A DNA stretch of 64,000 nt, from IMG/VR virus record IMGVR_UViG_3300021406_000010, positions 64,001 through 128,000 of that record; one strand, 5' to 3'. The translations under genes and the position numbers were made by a program. The notes under the pieces were generated by a model. It was not told the DNA's origin. It did not search any database and was given only the letters and a program-made list of their open reading frames with translations. Shown here piece after piece: positions 29,355 through 38,793 of this stretch. The DNA is from a virus. Each line of letters begins with the position of its first letter. The stretch's first letter is position 1.

Positions 29355-29485
29355 GCCTTAACTATATTAAGACGACACTATCGCTGTCAGGGAGAATCGC
29401 CTCGAACTTACAGCTTTAACTGCCCCTGACGGATCGCCCGAACTAGGACAATCACATCCGAAGCGTATGTAGTCGACTATACTCT

Positions 29486-29878
29486 TTAGGCTGCGAGCGT
29501 GAGCGACCCGCTGGCGATCGTGAAGGTGTCGCCGGAGTTCGTCGTTTTGGCCGCCGTCAGCGGCCCCCACCACAGCCGTACCGGGGTTCCCGAGGCATCC
29601 CACAGCTCGATCCCGTTGATGGTGGTGGCGGGCATGTTGGTGACCGTCACCGCGACGTTGGAGGCCTTGGAGCCAGCCGAGGCCGCCGCGAACGTGACGG
29701 TCGGGGCGCCCGTCCCGGCGGTGTAGCCGCCGGAGGTGGCCAGCTCGGTGCCGTTGGCGGTGTTGGTGCCGTTGGCGGTCATCAGGCGGCAGGTGAGCGG
29801 CGTCACCGGCGGGGTGAACGAGCCGCCGCAGCTGGCGTCCAGCAGCCTGTTGGAGAAGGTCTGGTCAAGGCTAGACAC
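29486..29878 (-). CDS. Virion structural / tail-fibre-associated beta protein
   Basis: ...GIELWDASG...WWGPLTAAKTTNSGDTFTIASGSLT. Confidence 0.65.
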   Translation of the reverse strand: MSSLDQTFSNRLLDASCGGSFTPPVTPLTCRLMTANGTNTANGTELATSGGYTAGTGAPTVTFAAASAGSKASNVAVTVTNMPATTINGIELWDASGTPVRLWWGPLTAAKTTNSGDTFTIASGSLTLAA

Positions 29879-30068
29879 CGGACTGTGCTCCCGTCATCGC
29901 GTCGCAGGTCCCGTCGGGGCACCCGGCCGCCGCGCAGCAGGCGAAGTGGCGGCCGACCGTCACCAGCCCGTCGTCGCCGGGCACCACCACCTGGTGGTGC
30001 GGCTGGTCGTCCACCTGGTGGCAGCCGTCGCACTCGCGCAGCTCCCGGGGCGGCTCCGGGGCGGTCAT
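29871..30068 (-). CDS. Small Cys/His-rich protein
   Basis: CDGCHQVDDQPHH...HFACC...C...C. Confidence 0.55.
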   Translation of the reverse strand: MTAPEPPRELRECDGCHQVDDQPHHQVVVPGDDGLVTVGRHFACCAAAGCPDGTCDAMTGAQSGV

Positions 30069-30134
30069 AGGTCCCTCACGCTCCTTCCGGGGCCGGCGTG
30101 GCAATCACCGTGCGCACCGAGAAGAGAATGGCGC

Positions 30135-30355
30135 ATGAGCATCAAGCTCCTGCGCCGCCGAAAGCGCAGATGGCTGTGTCCCTTCTGCGGTTCCCCGTTC
30201 TTTGTCATCACTGCGGGGCTAATACGCAAGAGAAACCATCTGCCTGGACTCACGAGCATCGACGGGCTGCTTACCTGCGCGGAATGCGGCCTCGGCGTCG
30301 GATACGAGGATTTGGTGCGGCTAGAGCGCACCGGGAGATTAGCGAGCCCAGGTAA
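30135..30355 (+). CDS. Zn-ribbon protein (TTA at codon 69; zero-frame stop only at 30518)
   Basis: CPFCG...CAECG; lower GC than its neighbours. Confidence 0.5.
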
Positions 30356-31360
30356 CCACGTGCACCAGCAGGCCGAGGCGGCGCAGCCCTGCTTGGAGTC
30401 CAGCCGCCGCAGCTCCACGACCGTGACCTGGCCCCACGGGACGAGGGGGACGACCGGGACGGAGACGCCCGTCCGCAGCGCGACGGTCACGGTCCGCACG
30501 GCCTTGCCGGAGCGGTAGAAGGTCACCTGCACCGCCGCCCCGTCATCCCCCGCCAGGGACAGCAGGCACCCACGGGGCGCCGCCAGGACCGGGACGGCTA
30601 CCGGGCCGCCGCCAGGCGGCAGCTGGACGAGGGCCTCCATCTCCGGCGCGGCGGGCAAAACCGGGGGAACAGGGACAGGAGGAGGCGCGGGGGCGGGGAC
30701 CGGGGCCTTCGGGGGCGCGGGAAGCGCGATGCCGGCCAGCTGGGCCGCCGACCCGTGGAACGCCGAGCAGTCGACCGGGCCGGAGATCCCGGCGATAGAC
30801 GCCGAGGGGGTGAACTGCAGCAGCGCCGGCGACCGGCCACCGTACGGCGCCCACCAGGAGGCCGGGACCCTGCCGTAGAGGGCTGCCGGGTCGCCCGAGC
30901 CGCTGACGTACTCGCTGGCCCACAGCCAGTCGGCAAACGTCAGGTCCATCCCCGCCGTGTACCAGTGCGGGGCGTAGGCGCCGATGCGGTGGCCCGGGTA
31001 GCAGTGCCGCAGCCGGGCGGCGGCGTCGACCGCCTGCTGCCGGGTGGGCGGCCCGTCGGGGGCGCGCTCGTAGTCGATGACGACCCCCCAGCCCGCCAGG
31101 TCGCCGGCCACGTCCGCGAAGTGCTGCGCCTGGTCCGCGCCCGCCCCGGAGGCATCCAGGAACAGGTAGGCGAGCGGGATGAACCCGTGGCGGGCGGCGG
31201 CGGCCATCGACGTCCGGGCGGCTGCCCACCTGGGGTTGACGTAGCCGGTGCCCTCGGTGACCTTCTCGGCCCCGCCGCCGCAGGTCGCGGCCACCCGCCC
31301 CCAGTCGGGGGCGCCCTGCCAGGAGGAGCAGTCGACAAGGTACGTAATGGATCCGGTCAC
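30339..31360 (-). CDS. GH25 muramidase endolysin (zero frame continues to 30065 after a TTA codon)
   Basis: VDCSSWQG, KVTEG, VIDYE, LWASEY, LLQFT, VDCS; Pro-rich linker. Confidence 0.88.
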
Positions 31361-31378
31361 GTACCTTCCGTGGAAAGA

Positions 31379-31681
31379 TCAGGAATGCGCCTCCGCGTCG
31401 GCCTGGGCGTACAGCTCCCGGACGGCCGCGTCGTACGCGGCCTGCGGGGAGGACGGGTCGAACGCGTCGCGGGCGATGACCAGGGCCCAGTCGTCGGCCG
31501 TGCCGGGGACCCGGACCCCGACCATGAGGAAGAACCCGACGGAGGCACTCCCCGGGCCACGGGGCATCGCCGCCGAGGGGAGGGCGTCCCACAGGACGGC
31601 GTCCCGGACCGCCTGCAGGACTGGCAGCGCCCGGACGGCCGCCTCCATCCGCCCCGTCACGACGTCAGAGATCCTCGGCAT
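31379..31681 (-). CDS. Hypothetical protein
   Basis: Coding-like codon bias. Confidence 0.5.
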   Translation of the reverse strand: MPRISDVVTGRMEAAVRALPVLQAVRDAVLWDALPSAAMPRGPGSASVGFFLMVGVRVPGTADDWALVIARDAFDPSSPQAAYDAAVRELYAQADAEAHS

Positions 31682-31995
31682 CGGCCTGCCATCCCCTTCC
31701 TGAGTGACCGCCATCTTCTCCTGGCCCGGTACCACGGCCACGCCGCGCACCGCATCCAGAGGTGCCTCGCCCTCGCGCCGAGGGGGTACCTGCCATGCCC
31801 GATGTGCAGGTGCGGGGGAGCCGTCCTGCCCGCCTTCCAGTCCGGGCCCCACGTGCACGCGTAGGGCTGCAGGGAGTCAATGCCCCGCTGACGGAGCCAG
31901 ATGCGGGCTATCGCGGCCCAGGCACGCGGCCTGGTCCGGTACTTTCGCTTCCCGCAGTGCTGGGCGCGCCACTGCCGGAACCCGTTCCGGCTCAC
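31657..31995 (-). CDS. Basic C/H-motif hypothetical protein
   Basis: CGKRKY...PYAC...HLHIGH. Confidence 0.5.
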   Translation of the reverse strand: MSRNGFRQWRAQHCGKRKYRTRPRAWAAIARIWLRQRGIDSLQPYACTWGPDWKAGRTAPPHLHIGHGRYPLGARARHLWMRCAAWPWYRARRRWRSLRKGMAGRCRGSLTS

Positions 31996-31998
31996 CGC

Positions 31999-33543
31999 CT
32001 ACCCCGTCACCCCCGTGCGGGCGTACATCTCGCGCCTGTCGGCCGCCGTGACGTAGCCGCCGCCCGCCCCGGCGTCGCCGAGCATGAAGTCCATGTCGGC
32101 GTTGCGGGCCAGCACCGTGCGGACCGAGGAGTCCGCCTCCAGGGTGCCCTCCAGCACGTAGGTGATGAACGTCAGCGGCTTGGCCCTTCCCAGCCGGTTG
32201 CCGCGCCCGGACCGCTGCACGCGGATCGCGTGGGTGCGCCCGATGTCGTACTCGTCGACCACGTCCACCTCCGGGACGTTGATGCCGTCGGCGGCGGCAT
32301 CGCTGGCCAGCAGGACGGCCGGGCCGGAGGCGGACCGGAAGGAGGCCAGCTGCCGGTCCCGCTCCGCGCTGGTCATGCCGCCGTGGCAGGCGAACGGCTC
32401 GAAGGCGGCCAGCCTGCGCTGCAGGACGGGCAGCACCGTCTGGCCGTAGAAGGTGAAGGCCATCAGCTTGCCGCCCCAGCCGGTCACCTCGGCGGCCAGC
32501 TCCTCCAGCTCGGCCGCCTTCGCCGAGGAGCACTTCTCCAGCTCCGCGCCCATCTCCTCCGCCACCATGACGGCGAGCGGGGAGGATCCCGCCCGCGCCG
32601 CCTCCAGCACCGCCAGCGGGTCCCCGGCCAGCTGGCGCAGCAGCACGCTCAGCCCCGGGACCTCCTCGCCGGGCTGCTCGCGCAGGGCGGCCAGGGCGTG
32701 GTAGGCACGGGCCTGGTCGGGCCTCATCCGGATGCGGCGGAACCGCTCGGTCAGCTCGGGGAACTGGTCCCGGACGTCCGGGTCGGAGCGGCGCTTGCGC
32801 AGCACCCACGGGGCTGTCCGCTCTCGCAGCCACTCCCGGCCGTTCGCGGTGTAGCGCGGCCGTCCGTACATCGGGTCGCGGGACCGGATGACGTTCTCCT
32901 CAAAGTCCTTCACGGCCGACATGCCGGGGACGACGACCCGCATGACGGAGAAGAAGTTCTCCAGGTCGGTGTCCATCGGGGTGGCGGACAGCCCGATCAC
33001 CCGGGTCCCCGGGTGCTCCTTGCGGAACTGGGCGATCATCCAGTAGTGGGCCTTGTACAGCCGGGAGGTGCGCCGCCCGAGCTTGGCGACCTCATCGTAG
33101 ACGACCATGACGCGCCTGCCGCGCAGCGCGGCCATCAGCGGCCCGGGGGCCAGCGCCCGCGCCCGGCTTCCCTGCGGGGGGAAGACGGCGATGTCGTTGC
33201 GGCACGTCTCGTAGGTGACGATGATGGCGGCCGGCAGGGAGCCGAGGTTCCGCTGGCGCTTCGCCCCGTCGTAGACCAGGGCGGGGATGCGGGTGTGGCG
33301 GCTGAAGTCCCGGTGCCACTCGCCCAGCTTGTTGGGCTTGCAGACGACCAGGACGTGGTCGATGAGGCGGTCCTCCATGGCGATCCCGGCATCGGCCAGG
33401 GCCATCATCGACTTGCCCAGCCCGGTGTCGGCGACCATGAGGGCGGACCCCAGGGCGAACGCCTGGCCGGCCATGTCCATCTGCCACTCGATGTAGGTCG
33501 GCGGACGGAACAACTCCCCGTCAGCCCAGGGGGTATCGTCCAC
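31999..33543 (-). CDS. SNF2-like SF2 helicase
   Basis: DTGLGKS, VYDEV, LSATP, DGINV, QRSGRGNR. Confidence 0.88.
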   Translation of the reverse strand: MDDTPWADGELFRPPTYIEWQMDMAGQAFALGSALMVADTGLGKSMMALADAGIAMEDRLIDHVLVVCKPNKLGEWHRDFSRHTRIPALVYDGAKRQRNLGSLPAAIIVTYETCRNDIAVFPPQGSRARALAPGPLMAALRGRRVMVVYDEVAKLGRRTSRLYKAHYWMIAQFRKEHPGTRVIGLSATPMDTDLENFFSVMRVVVPGMSAVKDFEENVIRSRDPMYGRPRYTANGREWLRERTAPWVLRKRRSDPDVRDQFPELTERFRRIRMRPDQARAYHALAALREQPGEEVPGLSVLLRQLAGDPLAVLEAARAGSSPLAVMVAEEMGAELEKCSSAKAAELEELAAEVTGWGGKLMAFTFYGQTVLPVLQRRLAAFEPFACHGGMTSAERDRQLASFRSASGPAVLLASDAAADGINVPEVDVVDEYDIGRTHAIRVQRSGRGNRLGRAKPLTFITYVLEGTLEADSSVRTVLARNADMDFMLGDAGAGGGYVTAADRREMYARTGVTG

Positions 33544-33546
33544 GGC

Positions 33547-33744
33547 CTACCCTTCCCGCTTGCGCAGCCAGCGTTCTGCCTCATCGCTCGCGGTGAGGAT
33601 GTGCGCCGCCAGCTTGCGTGCGGCAGCCACGGGCATGGCCTGGCCGCAAACCACGACGAGGCCCCGGCTCGTCCCGGCGCTCGCGAAGCCGCCGTAGGCG
33701 TCCTGGACGCGGCCTGCTTCCGTCGTCCCCGTATCCTGGCCCAT
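33547..33744 (-). CDS. Small hypothetical protein, leaderless
   Basis: TATTCT 7 nt before the ATG. Confidence 0.5.
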   Translation of the reverse strand: MGQDTGTTEAGRVQDAYGGFASAGTSRGLVVVCGQAMPVAAARKLAAHILTASDEAERWLRKREG

Positions 33745-33753
33745 GCCCCCTAG

Positions 33754-33816
33754 AATACAGGAGTTCTTAGCAAGGCAGCATCGGCAGTTGATTACAGCTT
33801 TCCTTGCCATTATGAT
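33754..33816. promoter_or_regulatory. Divergent promoter pair built from the phage motif
   Basis: AATACAGGAGTTCTTAGCAAGG and ATTACAGCTTTCCTTGCCATTATGAT between divergent genes. Confidence 0.6.
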
Positions 33817-33869
33817 GGGGCCGTGAGACTCCGGCGGAGCCGGGGGACCGGGACAGCGCAGGAGGACCA

Positions 33870-35909
33870 GTGAGCACGCCAGCGACCGACCAGGCAGCGA
33901 TCCCCACGACGTTCGCGGAGGCGCAGGAGGTGCTCGCCAGGGCGCTTCCCGGCTACACCCGCCGCGCCCACCAGATGGCCATGGCCGAGCGGGTCGAGGC
34001 CGCCATCCTGGGCAAGGTCCACGGGCTGTTCCAGGCAGGATGCGGAACGGGCAAGTCATTCGCCCTGCTGATTCCGGTAATCCTCGGCGGGAACCGGACG
34101 ATCGTGGCCACGGCGACGAAAATGCTGCAGAGCCAGTACCGAGGAGACCTCTTGTTCCTCCAGGAGCGCCTCGGGGTCCCGTTTGAGTGGGCGATCCTGA
34201 AGGGCCGTGGCTCGTACCCGTGCCTGGCCAAGGCGCAGGACATCACCTCCCCCACCCCCGGCCAGAAGCAGGTCCTCATCCGGCTGGACGAGCTCGCCGC
34301 GCCTGGCGCGGTCGCGGCCGGAGAGGTGGCCGACAAGGAGGACTTCCCGAGGCTGACCGACCCCGAGTGGCGGGACTTCTCCATGAGCGCCTCGGAGTGC
34401 CCTGGCAAGAGGGACTGCCCGTTCGGGGACGTATGCATCGCCGAGCGCGCCAAGGCCAAGGCAGCACAGTCGAAGATCGTCGTCACCAACACCGCGTACC
34501 TCATCCAGGACCTGCTGATCCGCGACGTGACCGAGGGCGACGTCGCGCTGCTGGGCGAGATCGGGCAGATAGTGGTCGACGAGGCGCACACGCTGGAGGA
34601 TGTCGCCACCGGCGCGCTTGAGGACTCCCTGAGCGAGCGGGGGTTCGACGTCCTGGGCCGCGACATCGGGGGGTACCTGCAGCGCGAGGGCGGCAGCGAG
34701 GACGACGGGATCGCGGTCGGGCACGCGGCGCGGCTGCTGTGGATGCGGCTGGGGTCCATGCACGCGGACTGGGCGGCCAAGAGCCGGGCCAGCCGCGACC
34801 CGATGCCGCTGACTACCCGGGACATGACGTCCCCCGAGGGGCTGGGCGAGCGGATCATCGCCCTCGGGCAGGCGATCGACGCGGCCAGGACGGAGGTGCG
34901 GCGCCGCCGTCCCGACGAGGGGGACAAGCGGGCCGTGGCGGCCCGCTACCGGCTGCTGAACCGCGCCGGCCACCTGCTGGCCCGGCTGGAGGCCCTGCAC
35001 GACGACCCGGCCGACATGACCATCCGGTGGGCCGAGGAGGAGGAAACCGAGTGGAAGGGGCAGAAGCGCAAGAGGATCGTGCTGCGGTCGGCCCCGGTCT
35101 CGGTAGAGCCGTTCCTGCGGCGCGCCCTGTGGGACGTGGCGCCCGTCATCCTGTCCAGCGCCACCCTCGCCCCCGGCGGGGACTTCACCGCCCTGCGGGA
35201 GTCCCTGGGGCTGGCGCCGGACGAGGTGATCACCCACGACGCCGGGACCCCGTTCGACTACCCGCGCCAGGCGATGCTGTTCGTCCCGCCGAAGGGGATG
35301 CCGGAGCCGGTGCGGGACAAGGTCCCCGCCTGGCGGGGGTACGCCCAGGCGACCACCCGGCACCTGGTGGAGGCCTCCGGCGGCGGGGCGCTGCTGCTGT
35401 TCACCAGCCGGGCCGCGATGAACGAGGCCTGGGACGCGCTCGCCCCCGGCTTCGAGGAGCAGGGCCTGACGGTGCTGCGGCAGGGCGACCAGCCCGCCCC
35501 GCAGCTGGTGAAGGTGATGAAGGAGGACGGCAACGGGGTGCTGTTCGCGCTGCGGACCTTCTTCGAGGGCGTCGACATCCAGGGCACCGCGCTGCGCCTG
35601 GTGATCGTCGACAAGCTGCCGTTCGTGCCGCCGTCCGACCTGGTCCACAAGGCCAGGTGCGAGGCGATCGAGCGCAAGCACCACGACCAGTGGGCGTCCT
35701 GGGACAGGCGCATCATCCCCGGCATGGAGCTGGTCCTGATGCAGGCGCTGGGCCGGCTGATCCGGCACGCGGACGACCGGGGGCTGATGGCGGTCCTGGA
35801 CCCCCGCCTGTCGAGCAAGGGGTACGGCGACAAGATCCTGAAGGCAATGCCGCCCGCCCGCCGGACCACCGACGTCCACGAGGCGGCCCGCTTCCTGCGG
35901 TCGCTCTAG
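33870..35909 (+). CDS. dinG: DinG/YoaA family Fe-S helicase
   Basis: AGCGTGKS, LKGRGSYPC, C..C..C, DEAH, SSATL, EGVD, QALGRLIR. Confidence 0.93.
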   Translation: MSTPATDQAAIPTTFAEAQEVLARALPGYTRRAHQMAMAERVEAAILGKVHGLFQAGCGTGKSFALLIPVILGGNRTIVATATKMLQSQYRGDLLFLQERLGVPFEWAILKGRGSYPCLAKAQDITSPTPGQKQVLIRLDELAAPGAVAAGEVADKEDFPRLTDPEWRDFSMSASECPGKRDCPFGDVCIAERAKAKAAQSKIVVTNTAYLIQDLLIRDVTEGDVALLGEIGQIVVDEAHTLEDVATGALEDSLSERGFDVLGRDIGGYLQREGGSEDDGIAVGHAARLLWMRLGSMHADWAAKSRASRDPMPLTTRDMTSPEGLGERIIALGQAIDAARTEVRRRRPDEGDKRAVAARYRLLNRAGHLLARLEALHDDPADMTIRWAEEEETEWKGQKRKRIVLRSAPVSVEPFLRRALWDVAPVILSSATLAPGGDFTALRESLGLAPDEVITHDAGTPFDYPRQAMLFVPPKGMPEPVRDKVPAWRGYAQATTRHLVEASGGGALLLFTSRAAMNEAWDALAPGFEEQGLTVLRQGDQPAPQLVKVMKEDGNGVLFALRTFFEGVDIQGTALRLVIVDKLPFVPPSDLVHKARCEAIERKHHDQWASWDRRIIPGMELVLMQALGRLIRHADDRGLMAVLDPRLSSKGYGDKILKAMPPARRTTDVHEAARFLRSL

Positions 35910-35927
35910 CCAGCGAGGAGAACCATC

Positions 35928-36164
35928 ATGTCGCACAATGAGGTCCTGGTAGCCGATCTGTACGTCCAGTGCTCGTACCCGATGCGCCCGGACGCCATCA
36001 CCGCATCCGATAACTGCCGGGGTCCCGCAAGCACCGCCGTGCAGGACGCCGGGGGCAACTCGTGGTGGCGCTGCCCCGTTCATGAGGGCCGGCTTGCGGA
36101 CGGAACGCCCGGCAAGGTCGTTGCCAGCGTGCCGAGGCATTCTGCCCCGCTGCCGCCGTCATGA
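35928..36164 (+). CDS. Small Cys-containing protein
   Basis: GAGGAG RBS. Confidence 0.55.
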   Translation: MSHNEVLVADLYVQCSYPMRPDAITASDNCRGPASTAVQDAGGNSWWRCPVHEGRLADGTPGKVVASVPRHSAPLPPS

Positions 36165-36373
36165 GCACCGCCGCCCTGGCAATCGCCTTTGCCGCGCTAT
36201 GGGTAACCGCCGCCGCCGTCATCTGGAACCGGGCATGCACCAGCTTCCGGCGGGCCGCCAGGCTGTACACGGCATGCCGGTTCGCGGAGGGGAAAGCCGA
36301 GATGAGGCGCGGCCGGGCGCTGCGCCGCCGGGCTGACAGGATGGTGCTCAGGCTCATGCCGCCTCGCAGCTAG
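36161..36373 (+). CDS. Small membrane protein
   Basis: N-terminal TM helix, basic tail, ATGA overlap. Confidence 0.5.
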   Translation: MSTAALAIAFAALWVTAAAVIWNRACTSFRRAARLYTACRFAEGKAEMRRGRALRRRADRMVLRLMPPRS

Positions 36374-36383
36374 CAGGGACGAT

Positions 36384-36418
36384 CAAGGCCCGCCACGGTA
36401 CGGTCGCGGCGGGCCTTG
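36384..36418. terminator. Hairpin between convergent transcription units
   Basis: CAAGGCCCGCC / GGCGGGCCTTG 11-bp stem. Confidence 0.7.
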
Positions 36419-36496
36419 GTGCTTCCGGTCGAGCAGTGACAACGGGTCCTCGCCTTCGAGGTTACCAGCGGGTCACCCGGCCAGCAATCATCATTG

Positions 36497-38098
36497 CTAG
36501 GCAACCACCTGCTGCACTACCTTCCCTATCAGCCCGGCCGACCCGGCCGACCCGGTGCCGTGCCCGGAACCCCCGGCCCCCTGGGCCACGGTGACGGTTC
36601 CCGCCCCGGTCACCGGGGACGCGGTGCAAATGATGACGCAGCCGCCACCCCCTCCGCCGCCGCCCCCGACGTTGCCGGTGATGGGGGAGGCCCCGTTGCC
36701 GCCCTGGGAGGAGATCACCCCGGCGTTGACGAGCGACCTGGCCGCGATGACGAGGACGCCGCCGCCGGACCCGCCCCCGCCCCCGGCGTTGGTGCCGTCC
36801 CCGGACCCGGACCCGCCGCCGGCCCCGCCGGCGAGCAGCGCCAGCTGGCCATTCCACAGCGCCGCCCCGGCCAGGGCCGCCGACGGGATCGTCCACGGGG
36901 CAGTGCCCGGCGTGGCGGAGACGATGCCGCCCGCGCCGCCCGCGCCCTTGGCGGGGCTGGCGCCGCCCGCGCCGCCGGCGCCCGCCGAGATGGACGACAT
37001 GGCGGGAGCCGCCGCCCCGGCGTTCACCGTCCCGGTCGCCCCGGCTCCCGCCAGGTACATCAGGGACCCGGCCAGCGCCCCGGGTGATGCTCCGGACCCG
37101 TTAGCGCCAGAATTCGTGATGGTGCCGTTGTTGATGACCGGCCCGTTCACCTGCAGCGGAAGGCCCGCCGTGTCGAGGGTGACGCCGGAGTTGACGGTGA
37201 GGGAGGACGGCGGGGCGGACAGGAACGCCGCCGTCATCGTGTACACGGCCCCCGCCAGGGTGGTGCCCGCGCACGGGGTGGTCCCGTCGAAGGTGACGGC
37301 CCCGCCAGAGCCGTTGCCGAAGATCCCGTAGAACGCGATGGCACCGGGGGCGGTGAGGGCGCCCGGGATGACGACCGTCGACCCGGCGGTGCCGAGGACC
37401 ACCTGGTTAGGGACGATCGAGGTGGCGCCCTGGCCGATGGCGACCGACCCGGTGGCCGAGGCGCTGGCGCCCTGGCCGAGGGCGACGCTGCCGGTTCCGC
37501 CGGAGGTGGCCCCGGTCCCGATGGCGATGGCGCTGGTCCCGGGCGCGCTGGCGGCGGCTCCCAGGGCGACGGACTGGTTCCCGGCCGCCGAGGACCGCTG
37601 GCCCGCCGCCGTGGCGGAGGCCCCGGCCGCGCTGGCGGCCTGGCCGAGGGCGGTCGCAGCGGTGACGGGGGCGGAGGCTCCCTGGCCAACGGCGAGGGAG
37701 GCTCCCCCGGCGGCCGATGAGGAGTCGCCGAGGGCCACCGCCTGGCTCCCGGCCGCGCTGGAGCCGCTGCCCACGGCGGTCGACTGGGCGCCCGCGCCGG
37801 TGAACGTAAGGCTGACGGTGGTGAGGGCGGAGACTTGCACGTCGATGTCGGGGAACAGCATCGGGGACTGGCCGGGAGGGGCGGCGGAGACGTCGACCCG
37901 CTGCGGGGAGTCCATGTAGAAGGAGACGTTCCCGTCGGGGGTGATCCACGGGTTGGGCAGCAGCGAGGAGCTGGTCCCGTCGGCGTAGATGGGGAGGGTT
38001 ACCGGAGAGGTGGTGCCGCTGGCGTAGACGGTGATCGCGGACCCGGGCAGCAGATCGCCGGCGGTGTCGGTGAGCGGTGCCCTGAAGTGCGCTCGGAT
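36497..38098 (-). CDS. Tail fibre/adhesin with YadA-head-like repeats and a Gly-rich domain, probable ATC start
   Basis: 14-aa A.G..SVA(I/L)G repeats; frame is open 61 codons upstream of ATG 37915 to ATC at 38098, behind GGAGG. Confidence 0.75.
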   Translation of the reverse strand: MRAHFRAPLTDTAGDLLPGSAITVYASGTTSPVTLPIYADGTSSSLLPNPWITPDGNVSFYMDSPQRVDVSAAPPGQSPMLFPDIDVQVSALTTVSLTFTGAGAQSTAVGSGSSAAGSQAVALGDSSSAAGGASLAVGQGASAPVTAATALGQAASAAGASATAAGQRSSAAGNQSVALGAAASAPGTSAIAIGTGATSGGTGSVALGQGASASATGSVAIGQGATSIVPNQVVLGTAGSTVVIPGALTAPGAIAFYGIFGNGSGGAVTFDGTTPCAGTTLAGAVYTMTAAFLSAPPSSLTVNSGVTLDTAGLPLQVNGPVINNGTITNSGANGSGASPGALAGSLMYLAGAGATGTVNAGAAAPAMSSISAGAGGAGGASPAKGAGGAGGIVSATPGTAPWTIPSAALAGAALWNGQLALLAGGAGGGSGSGDGTNAGGGGGSGGGVLVIAARSLVNAGVISSQGGNGASPITGNVGGGGGGGGGCVIICTASPVTGAGTVTVAQGAGGSGHGTGSAGSAGLIGKVVQQVVA

Positions 38099-38148
38099 GG
38101 GATCCTCCCGGAGTCGGGGTCACTCCTTCCGGGCGGGCACCAGGGCGG

Positions 38149-38382
38149 CTACCGCTCCTCGCAGGGCAGCAGCCGGTAACTCGCCCGTAGCGATCTCTCC
38201 CCGATGCCCCTGGCGGGGTGCGCCCAGTGACCGCTGTAGGACCCTATGGTGGCGGCGACCACATCGTAGTAAACGCGACCGTCGTCAACGGACGTGACGC
38301 GGATCCTCCGCCCCCTTACCTGCCGAGCCTTGCCAATCCACACCTGGCCTGCCTCGGCCTCCGGCTGCGCACTATCCGTCAT
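38149..38382 (-). CDS. Small SH3-like hypothetical protein
   Basis: GQVW...RRIRVTSVD. Confidence 0.55.
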   Translation of the reverse strand: MTDSAQPEAEAGQVWIGKARQVRGRRIRVTSVDDGRVYYDVVAATIGSYSGHWAHPARGIGERSLRASYRLLPCEER

Positions 38383-38570
38383 AGCTCCCCCCGTCGTGCC
38401 ATCGCGCGGAGGGCGGTGATGCTGGTCATCTGGAAGCCGCCGCTGGTGTCCACGCCCAGCTCCCCCTCCACCTCATCGCGGAATGCCGAGATGTCCCGGT
38501 CAGCCGGGACGGGCAGCACGAACGCGTTGCCGTCCCGGTCGATGATCACGATGGCCTCACGGATGCTCAT
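38379..38570 (-). CDS. Small hypothetical protein
   Basis: ATGA overlaps; GAGGAGG RBS. Confidence 0.55.
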   Translation of the reverse strand: MSIREAIVIIDRDGNAFVLPVPADRDISAFRDEVEGELGVDTSGGFQMTSITALRAMARRGEL

Positions 38571-38764
38571 GCGCCCTCCTCGCCTACGATCTCCACGGTG
38601 GTGTCGTTCATGTACTCGTTGACCGCCTCTTGCCACGCGACATCCAGGTACTTCTCGCAGGCCTTGGGATCGTCCGGGATGTGGTCATCGGGAACCTCGA
38701 TGTAGTGCGTGCCCTGCACGCCGATGTTGTGGCTGCTCCCGTAGGTGATCTTCAGGTATGGCAT
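38567..38764 (-). CDS. Small hypothetical protein, leaderless
   Basis: TATAGT 6 nt before the ATG. Confidence 0.6.
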   Translation of the reverse strand: MPYLKITYGSSHNIGVQGTHYIEVPDDHIPDDPKACEKYLDVAWQEAVNEYMNDTTVEIVGEEGA

Positions 38765-38770
38765 GGTCCT

Positions 38771-38793
38771 ACTATAGCAAGGAAAGCTGTATT
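38771..38793 (-). promoter_or_regulatory. Best copy of the phage promoter motif, AATACAGCTTTCCTTGCTATAGT
   Basis: Extended -10 (TGn-TATAGT) plus a conserved upstream box repeated elsewhere in the window. Confidence 0.7.
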
